A DNA stretch of 64,000 nt from Stagnimonas sp. (GTDB lineage Bacteria; Pseudomonadota; Gammaproteobacteria; Nevskiales; Nevskiaceae), in contig JAUYNO010000055.1 in NCBI GenBank assembly GCA_030696045.1, positions 46,175 to 110,174 on the forward strand. Reading direction: 5' to 3'. The notes beneath the pieces are model-generated. The model ran no database searches. It saw nothing but the letters and a program-made list of their open reading frames with translations, and was not told the DNA's origin. Below, in pieces: positions 57,989 to 64,000 of this stretch (position 1 is its first letter; the number at the start of each line of letters is the position of its first letter). The position numbers and the translations under genes were made by a program.

Positions 57989-59611
57989 TCAATAGCCTAG
58001 CCGCACCAGCAGCTGCGCGGTGCTGGCATCGCCGGCTGCACCCTGGCCTTCCATCGCCTGCAGGGTGCGGCCAGCCAGCTGCTTGCCCAGCTCGACCCCC
58101 CACTGGTCAAAAGCGTTGAGGTTCCAGATCACGCTCAGCACGAAGGTGCGGTGCTCGTAGAGCGCCAACAGCGCCCCCAGGTGCCAGGCATCCAGGCGCG
58201 GCAGCAGCAAGGTGCTGGACGGCCGGTTGCCGTTGAACACCCGGTGCGGGATCGCGGCTTCCAGCGCTGCGCCCTGCAGGCCGGCGGCAATCAGCTCGGC
58301 GCGGACCTCGGCCGCGTCCTTGCCCTGCATCATCGCCGCCGACTGCGCCAAGCCGTTGGCGAGCAGGAGTTGGTTCAGCCGTGGGTAGGGGTGATCCGCT
58401 TCGCGGACCAGGATGAAGTCCACCGGGTGCACGCCGCTGCCCTGGTGCAGCATCTGGAAAAAGGCATGCTGGCTGTTGGTGCCGACATCGCCCCACAGCA
58501 CCGGCGTGGTGGCGTAGTCGACGCGGCAGCCGTCGCGATCCACGCCCTTGCCGTTGCTCTCCATCTCCAGCTGCTGGAGCCAGGGAACAAATTTCTCCAG
58601 GCGCTGCGCATAGGGCGCCATGACCTGATCGGCCAGCCCGAGGAAGTTGCGGTTCCAGACCCCGATCAGGCCGAGCAGCACCGGCAGGTTCTGGCCGAAC
58701 GGCGCGGTGCGGAAGTGCTCGTCGACCGCCTGCGCGCCGGCCAGTAGCTGGTCGAAGCGCGAGGGCCCCAGGTTCAGCATCAGCGACAGGCCCACCGCGC
58801 CCCACAGCGAGTAGCGGCCTCCGACCCAGTCCCAGAAGCCGAACATGTTGTCGAGCGAGATCCCGAACTTCTGGACCTCGGCGGCATTGGTGGACACCGC
58901 CACGAAATGCTTGGGTACGGCCGCCTCGCCCAGGGTCGCGCGCAGCCAGTCGCGCGCGGCGCAGGCGTTGGCCATGGTCTCCTGCGTCGTGAAGGTCTTG
59001 CTGGTGACCACGAACAGCGTTGATTCGGGCCGCAGGCGCGGCAGCTCGGCATGCAGCTGGGCACCGTCGACATTGGCGACGAAATGGGCGCGCGGCCCGT
59101 CTGCGAGCGGCGCCAGCGCCTTGCCGACCATGCGCGGTCCGAGATCGCTGCCACCGATGCCGATGTTGACCACGTCGGTGATGCGCTCGCCGCTGGCACC
59201 GCGCCATTCGCCGCTACGCACCGCCTCGGCAAAGGCGCGCATGCGATCCCGCACTTCGCAAACCGCCGGCACGACATTGCGCCCGGCGACCTGCATGGTC
59301 GCCTCCGGCGGCGCGCGCAGCGCCATGTGATAGGCGGCGCGATGCTCGGTGTGGTTGACCGCCTCGCCGGCGAACAGCCGGCCGATCCAGCCGGCCAGGC
59401 CCTGCTGCTCGGCCAGCGCGACCAGCAAGTCGAGGGTTTCGCCGGTCAGCCGCTGCTTGGAATAGTCGAGGAACAGGCCCTGGAATTCCGCCGACAGCCG
59501 CTGCGCGCGTCCGCCATCGCCAGCGAACAGCTGGCTCAGCGTCTGGGGCTCAAGGCTTGCGGCGTGTGCTTGCAGCGCTCGCCAGGCGGCGCTGTGGGTG
59601 AGTACGGACAT
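57989..59611 (-). CDS. pgi: Glucose-6-phosphate isomerase
   Basis: GIGGSDLG, SKTFTTQET, DWVGGRYS, QQLEMESNGK, FDQWGVELGK. Confidence 0.98.
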   Translation of the reverse strand: MSVLTHSAAWRALQAHAASLEPQTLSQLFAGDGGRAQRLSAEFQGLFLDYSKQRLTGETLDLLVALAEQQGLAGWIGRLFAGEAVNHTEHRAAYHMALRAPPEATMQVAGRNVVPAVCEVRDRMRAFAEAVRSGEWRGASGERITDVVNIGIGGSDLGPRMVGKALAPLADGPRAHFVANVDGAQLHAELPRLRPESTLFVVTSKTFTTQETMANACAARDWLRATLGEAAVPKHFVAVSTNAAEVQKFGISLDNMFGFWDWVGGRYSLWGAVGLSLMLNLGPSRFDQLLAGAQAVDEHFRTAPFGQNLPVLLGLIGVWNRNFLGLADQVMAPYAQRLEKFVPWLQQLEMESNGKGVDRDGCRVDYATTPVLWGDVGTNSQHAFFQMLHQGSGVHPVDFILVREADHPYPRLNQLLLANGLAQSAAMMQGKDAAEVRAELIAAGLQGAALEAAIPHRVFNGNRPSSTLLLPRLDAWHLGALLALYEHRTFVLSVIWNLNAFDQWGVELGKQLAGRTLQAMEGQGAAGDASTAQLLVRLGY

Positions 59612-59671
59612 CCGGGGACCGATGATTCTGATGTAGCCGGAGCTTACGCGAGGCGATTCCCGGACCGGAAG

Positions 59672-60298
59672 TCACAGGATCCAGTGATAGTTGAAACTGA
59701 CGCTCACTCGTTCGGCGCTGACCGGGCTGGCGGGCACCTCGTGGCGCAGCCAACTCTCGAAAAGAATTACCTGACCGGCCTGCGCCGGGTAGCTGATGTG
59801 CGGCTGCTGCGCCGGATCGGCCTCGGGCTGGCGCATCGGCGCCGCCATCAGGCGCGACAGCCGCGGGTCTTCGAACTTCAGACCCGAGCAGCCGCGTGGC
59901 GTCTTCACGTAGTAGCTGCCGCTGATCACCGCCTGCGGATGCAGATGAAAGCTATGCGCGCAGCCCTTGGGCATGACATTGACCCAGCAGTCGGTCATCG
60001 CCAGCCGGCCGCCGCGCAGATCCCAGGCCAGCGCCTTGGCGTAGCGACGCACCTGGGTGTCGATGCGCTTCTCGAGGTCCATGAAGCTGGACGAAAACTG
60101 GTGCAGGCGGTCCATCGAGCCGTAGCTGGTATAGCCGCCGGGGTAGCTCTTGGCCGACCACTGGCGCCCGGCGCGGTCGTAGTCGCGCAGCTGGCCGATC
60201 TCGCGCAGCAACTCGGCGTTGTAGCGCGTCGCGGCCGCCCCGCGCAGCAGCGGCGCGTGGTGAATCAGGGTCGGGAACCAGCTCTTGGTATTGGCCAT
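59672..60298 (-). CDS. TIGR02466-family putative 2OG-Fe(II) oxygenase
   Basis: ATG 60298; YPGGYTSY, CWVNVM, HSFHLHPQAVISGSYYV, FESWLRHEV, RVSVSFN. Confidence 0.82.
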   Translation of the reverse strand: MANTKSWFPTLIHHAPLLRGAAATRYNAELLREIGQLRDYDRAGRQWSAKSYPGGYTSYGSMDRLHQFSSSFMDLEKRIDTQVRRYAKALAWDLRGGRLAMTDCWVNVMPKGCAHSFHLHPQAVISGSYYVKTPRGCSGLKFEDPRLSRLMAAPMRQPEADPAQQPHISYPAQAGQVILFESWLRHEVPASPVSAERVSVSFNYHWIL

Positions 60299-60307
60299 GG
60301 CAGAGGC

Positions 60308-60339
60308 AAAAAAGAAAACGCCCGCTGGGAAGCGGGCGT
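60308..60339 (-). terminator. Rho-independent terminator after panD
   Basis: ACGCCCGCT-GGGA-AGCGGGCGT stem with TTTCTTTTTT on the minus strand. Confidence 0.8.
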
Positions 60340-60359
60340 GGTCAGGGTGAACAGAGAAA

Positions 60360-60743
60360 TTACGCGGCCATTTGGACCGGAATGGTATTGGCGGTGCGCT
60401 GCACGCCATTCTGGTCGGTGCAATAGACCAGGCGCGGCTTGTAGCTGCGGGCCTGCGCCTCGTCCATATCGGCGTAGATGGCGATGATCACCTTGTCGCC
60501 GACACGCGCCTTGTGGGCGGCAGCGCCATTGACCGAGATGATCCCCGAGCCTTCCTCGGCGCGGATGGCATAGGTGGTGAAACGCTCGCCGTTGGTGACG
60601 TTGTAAATCTGGATCTGCTCGAATTCGAGGATGTTGGCGAGATCGAGCAGCTTGCCGTCGATGGCGCAGGAACCGTCGTAGTCGAGTTCGGAGTGGGTGA
60701 CGCGGGCGCTGTGCAACTTGCACTTGAGCATGGTCAGACGCAT
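60360..60743 (-). CDS. panD: Aspartate 1-decarboxylase
   Basis: [18 protein letters not shown] (G-S cleavage site), [13 protein letters not shown]. Confidence 0.98.
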   Translation of the reverse strand: MRLTMLKCKLHSARVTHSELDYDGSCAIDGKLLDLANILEFEQIQIYNVTNGERFTTYAIRAEEGSGIISVNGAAAHKARVGDKVIIAIYADMDEAQARSYKPRLVYCTDQNGVQRTANTIPVQMAA

Positions 60744-60773
60744 GGCTGGCTTCCTCTTGCCGGGGTCAGCGTT

Positions 60774-60847
60774 GGCGGCCCACTAAGACATGCGCCTTCG
60801 CTGTGTCGTTATTCAAGCAAGCGGGCGGCCCACTAAGGCATGCACCC
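60774..60847 (-). ncRNA. Candidate cis-regulatory RNA: two tandem identical-architecture hairpins in the panD leader
   Basis: 20-bp direct repeat (60774-60793, 60824-60843; 1 mismatch). Each copy folds as outer stem, CAU bulge, 3-bp stem and UUAGUG loop, and the differences preserve pairing. Confidence 0.45.
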
Positions 60848-60916
60848 GGTTCGCAGCGGTTTCGCCGCGATCAAAACCGTGACGCTTCCGTCACGAATTG
60901 GACATTAGTTTAGAAC

Positions 60917-60938
60917 AAATGTGATCCGGATCAAACCG
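60917..60938. promoter_or_regulatory. CRP/FNR-family binding site upstream of panD
   Basis: AAATGTGATCCGGATCAAACCG versus the CRP consensus AAATGTGATCTAGATCACATTT; lies in an AT-rich patch and overlaps a possible TTGATC-N16-TAAACT promoter on the minus strand. Confidence 0.55.
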
Positions 60939-60944
60939 CGCTCG

Positions 60945-61790
60945 TCAGCCCGCAGCGACCACCAGGTTGTCGATCAGACGGGTCGTACCGAGAAAGGCGG
61001 CCACCAGGACCACCCAATCGGTCGCCGACGCCGCCGGCTCCAGCAACTCCGCGCTACGAATGGCGACGTATTGCGGGCGGAAGCCGGCACGTTGCAGCGT
61101 CAACGCGGCTTCCGATTGCAGTACCTCGTAATCACGACGACCCGCTCGTAAGCCCTCGGCGATCCGGCTCAGGACCCGATGAACGGTCGTGGCGCGCGCC
61201 CGCTCCTCGGCGCTCAGGTACTGGTTGCGCGAGGACAGGGCCAGACCGTCCTCGGCGCGCAGGGTCGGCACCCCGACCACTTCGAGCGGCAGGCGCAGGT
61301 CGGCAACCATGCGGCGGATCACCGCCAGCTGCTGGTAGTCCTTCTGCCCGAACAACGCGACATCGGGCTGCACCAGGTTGAACAGGATATTGACCACGGT
61401 GGCCACGCCGTCGAAATGGCCAGGGCGGAATTCGCCTTCCAGCATTTCAGTGACGCCGGCCACCCGCACCGTAGTGGCGCCCACGCCTTGCGGATACACC
61501 TCCTCGACGCCGGGCGCGAACAGCAGGTCGCAGCCGGCCGTGATGAGTTGCGCGGCGTCCTGCGGCAGGCTGCGCGGATAGCGGCCGAAGTCCTCGTTGA
61601 CGCCGAACTGCAGCGGGTTCACGAACACGCTGGCGACGACACGCTGCGCCCGCTGACGGCCCTGGCGTACCAGCTCGATGTGGCCGGCGTGGAGGTTACC
61701 CATGGTCGGCACAAAGGCGATGCGCTCGCCCGCGGTCCGCCAGGCGGCCAGCTGCGCACGCAACTCGGCAACGGTATGGACAGTGCGCAT
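60945..61790 (-). CDS. panC: Pantoate-beta-alanine ligase
   Basis: FVPTMGNLHAGH, SVFVNPLQF, RPGHFDGV, FGQKDYQQ, GLALSSRN, RLIDN. Confidence 0.98.
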   Translation of the reverse strand: MRTVHTVAELRAQLAAWRTAGERIAFVPTMGNLHAGHIELVRQGRQRAQRVVASVFVNPLQFGVNEDFGRYPRSLPQDAAQLITAGCDLLFAPGVEEVYPQGVGATTVRVAGVTEMLEGEFRPGHFDGVATVVNILFNLVQPDVALFGQKDYQQLAVIRRMVADLRLPLEVVGVPTLRAEDGLALSSRNQYLSAEERARATTVHRVLSRIAEGLRAGRRDYEVLQSEAALTLQRAGFRPQYVAIRSAELLEPAASATDWVVLVAAFLGTTRLIDNLVVAAG

Positions 61791-62626
61791 CAGAAGCAGT
61801 GCTCGGGCGCCGGATAGCTGGCGGCTTTCACCGCCTTCACGTAGGCGGCGATGGCCGCCTCGATCACCCCGCCCTTCTCGCCAGCGGCCTGGGCGGTGGC
61901 CATGAAATTCTTCACGAAACGGGGCGTGCGCCCCAGGGTCACCTGGGGCGAGATGCCGAGGATGTCCTGCAGCACCAGGATCTGCCCGTCGACGGCGGCG
62001 CCGGCGCCGATGCCGATCACCGGCACCGGACTCTCTTTCGTGATCCGCTCACCGAGGGCAGCGGGGATGCACTCCAGCAACAGCAGGTCGGCACCGGCCT
62101 CGGCCAGCACCTTCGCGTCATGCAGCATGGACTCGGCGGCTGCGTCGTCGCGGCCCTGCACCTTGAAGGCGCCCATCTTGTGGATGAACTGCGGCTGCAG
62201 GCCCAGGTGGGCGCAGACCGGCACGCCACGCACCGAGAGATATTCGACGATGCTGGCCTGCTCACGGCCACCTTCCAGCTTCACCATCTTGGCGCCGCCC
62301 TGCTGCATCAGGCGCTGGCTGGCATCGAGCGCGCGGTCCAGGGTGGCGTAACTCAGGAACGGCAGGTCGGCGATCAGGAAGGCGCGCTTCAGGTGCGGCG
62401 CCACCGCCCTGGAGTGGTAGACGATGTCGTCCACCGTCACCGGCGTGGTGGTGTTGCCGCCGTGGATGACCATACCCAGGGAGTCGCCGATCAGCACCAC
62501 GTCGACACCGGCACGGTCTTCGAGCAGGGCGAAGCTGGCGTCGTAGGCGGTCAGGCAGGCGATCTTCTCGCCGGCCTCGCGCATCTTGCGCAGCTCGGCG
62601 AGGTGCAGCGGTTTCTGGGTTTCCAT
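61790..62626 (-). CDS. panB: 3-methyl-2-oxobutanoate hydroxymethyltransferase
   Basis: LTAYDASFA, IGDSLGM, DLPFLSY, VKLEGG, HLGLQPQ, GIGAG...DGQILV. Confidence 0.98.
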   Translation of the reverse strand: METQKPLHLAELRKMREAGEKIACLTAYDASFALLEDRAGVDVVLIGDSLGMVIHGGNTTTPVTVDDIVYHSRAVAPHLKRAFLIADLPFLSYATLDRALDASQRLMQQGGAKMVKLEGGREQASIVEYLSVRGVPVCAHLGLQPQFIHKMGAFKVQGRDDAAAESMLHDAKVLAEAGADLLLLECIPAALGERITKESPVPVIGIGAGAAVDGQILVLQDILGISPQVTLGRTPRFVKNFMATAQAAGEKGGVIEAAIAAYVKAVKAASYPAPEHCF

Positions 62627-62685
62627 GTGCAGGGACAGCCCGGGAATAGCGGGCGCGGACTATACCAAAGCCGTTTCGGCCGGCC

Positions 62686-63333
62686 TTACAACAGGTCAGC
62701 CCGGGGCAGTCGCAGATAGCCGCGCGGCTGGCGCAAGGCAGCCAGCAGCTCGGCGTAATGCGCGGGCTCGGCTACCAGGTCCATCTGCGAGACATCGACC
62801 TCGATCACCGGTGCCGCCGAATAGCTGCCGAAGTAGCGGGCATAGACCGCGCTGAGGTCTTCCAGATAGCGCCGCTCGATGCCGGCCTCGTAGTCGCGGC
62901 CACGGCGGGCGATGCGCTCCAGCAAGGTATCGACCGGGCCGGTCAGGTAGATGACCGCGTCCGGTGCCGGAACATCCCAGGCCAGCCGCCGGTACACCGA
63001 CTCGTAGAGCGCTAGGTCCGCCGGCGTCAGCGTCAGTTCGGCAAACAGCCGGTCCTTGTCGAACAGGAAGTCGGCGACCCAGCGCTGGTCGAACAGGTCG
63101 GGCTGTTGGAAGCTCTCGACCTGCCCCGCCCGCTGCAACAAAAAGCCCAGCTGCGCCGGCAAGGCCCCGTTGACCGGGTCGCGATAGAAGCGCGGCAGGA
63201 AGGGATTGTCCTCCGGCTTTTCCAGCAGCAGGCGAGCGCCGAGATCGGCCGCGAGCCGCCGTGCCAGGGTGGTCTTGCCCGCGCCGATCGGGCCTTCGAT
63301 CACCAGATAGGGCAGAGGCGGATTCAGGTCCAC
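62686..63333 (-). CDS. Deoxynucleoside kinase
   Basis: IEGPIGAGKTT, ENPFL-type NPFLPRFY, RIARRGRDYE; conserved position between folK and panB. Confidence 0.92.
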   Translation of the reverse strand: MDLNPPLPYLVIEGPIGAGKTTLARRLAADLGARLLLEKPEDNPFLPRFYRDPVNGALPAQLGFLLQRAGQVESFQQPDLFDQRWVADFLFDKDRLFAELTLTPADLALYESVYRRLAWDVPAPDAVIYLTGPVDTLLERIARRGRDYEAGIERRYLEDLSAVYARYFGSYSAAPVIEVDVSQMDLVAEPAHYAELLAALRQPRGYLRLPRADLL

Positions 63334-63803
63334 GGCCGTACTTCCCAGGGCGGCAGCGCCGCCAGCCGCTGTTCGATGGCGCCATGACCCGGCAGTTCCA
63401 GTCCGGGCGCGATCTCGGCCAGCGGCTGCAACACGAAGCGGCGATGGGCCAGTTCCGGATGCGGCAGTCTCAGTCGCGCGTTGTCGCAGACGAGGTCGCC
63501 GAGCAGCAGGAGATCAAGGTCCAGATGGCGCGCTCCCCAGTGCTCGCCACGCACCCGGCCCAGCTGGGTCTCGATCAACTGCAGCGCGTCCAGCAAGGCC
63601 ACCGGCGGCAGGCCGGTTTCCAGCGCCACGACCGCGTTGCAGTAGTCCGGCTGGCCGGCGGGCCCCAGGGGCGCGGTACGGTACAGGCGGGAGCGCCGCA
63701 GCAGCTGCGTTTGCGCCAGCTGCGCCAGGCGGGCGATAGCGTTTTCCAGCTGCGCGGCGGGGTCGCCGAGGTTGCCCCCCAGCGCGACGTAGGCTCTAGC
63801 CAT
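63324..63803 (-). CDS. folK: 2-amino-4-hydroxy-6-hydroxymethyldihydropteridine diphosphokinase
   Basis: ATG 63803; AYVALGGNLG, YCNAVV, WGARHLDLDLL, LPHPEL, RFVLQPL. Confidence 0.96.
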   Translation of the reverse strand: MARAYVALGGNLGDPAAQLENAIARLAQLAQTQLLRRSRLYRTAPLGPAGQPDYCNAVVALETGLPPVALLDALQLIETQLGRVRGEHWGARHLDLDLLLLGDLVCDNARLRLPHPELAHRRFVLQPLAEIAPGLELPGHGAIEQRLAALPPWEVRPWT

Positions 63804-64000
63804 CCGCCGGAGTGCCGGCACCGCCACGACGCCGGCCGCTGCGACGGCGGCGCTTCTTGGGCGCGCCCTCGGCGGTCGCCGACTCAGCAGCCAGGTCCTC
63901 GGCATCGTCCAGCGATTCGGGCAGGGTCGCCCCGGCCTGCGCGGCGGTCCACCAGCGCGCCAGCGCCGGGTCGGCATCGCCGGTCTCGGAACGCAGCACC
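63796..64000 (-). CDS. pcnB: Poly(A) polymerase I, C-terminal end (partial)
   Basis: LRSETG...LARWWTAAQ...PKKRRRRSGRRR basic tail; conserved position upstream of folK. Confidence 0.8.
   Translation of the reverse strand, partial: VLRSETGDADPALARWWTAAQAGATLPESLDDAEDLAAESATAEGAPKKRRRRSGRRRGGAGTPADG

Noticed and set aside
60774-60843. 20-bp direct repeat with a 30-bp spacer as a mini-CRISPR
   Set aside because: Only two units, the repeat is too short, and there are no cas genes; better explained as tandem RNA hairpins.

Overview
A ~70% GC gammaproteobacterial chromosome segment; the gene order and protein types suggest a Nevskiales/Xanthomonadales-like organism (inference). Most of it is conserved core: ffh-ypjD-CNNM-radA; rlmB, rnr and tRNA-Leu(CAG); purA-hisZ-DUF2065-hflCKX-hfq-miaA-mutL-amiC-tsaE-nnr/queG; pgi-panDCB-dNK-folK-pcnB. 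The best candidate for an undescribed system is the minus-strand run at 1-6694: patatin lipoprotein, two COG4313-type outer-membrane channels, a PhaZ7/Lipase_2-like lipoprotein hydrolase with a C-terminal Ig-like domain, PhaB and an MFS transporter. This looks like a surface polyester/PHB scavenging and uptake module. Other accessory elements: an unannotated 48-aa secreted two-Cys peptide behind a sigma54 promoter; a CHASE2-Ser/Thr kinase/PP2C/double-FHA operon with shared TMIM docking motifs, near a class II cAMP phosphodiesterase; an orphan two-partner-secretion exoprotein with a class II CRP-type promoter; a split flagellar locus (fliE-K, flgB-F plus flgKL) lacking flgGHIJ, with signs of an inversion; tandem structure-conserving RNA hairpins in the panD leader; and three MITE-like elements, one apparently supplying a promoter. 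No CRISPR array, integrase, transposase or rRNA was seen. All family assignments are from motif recognition by eye, not database searches.
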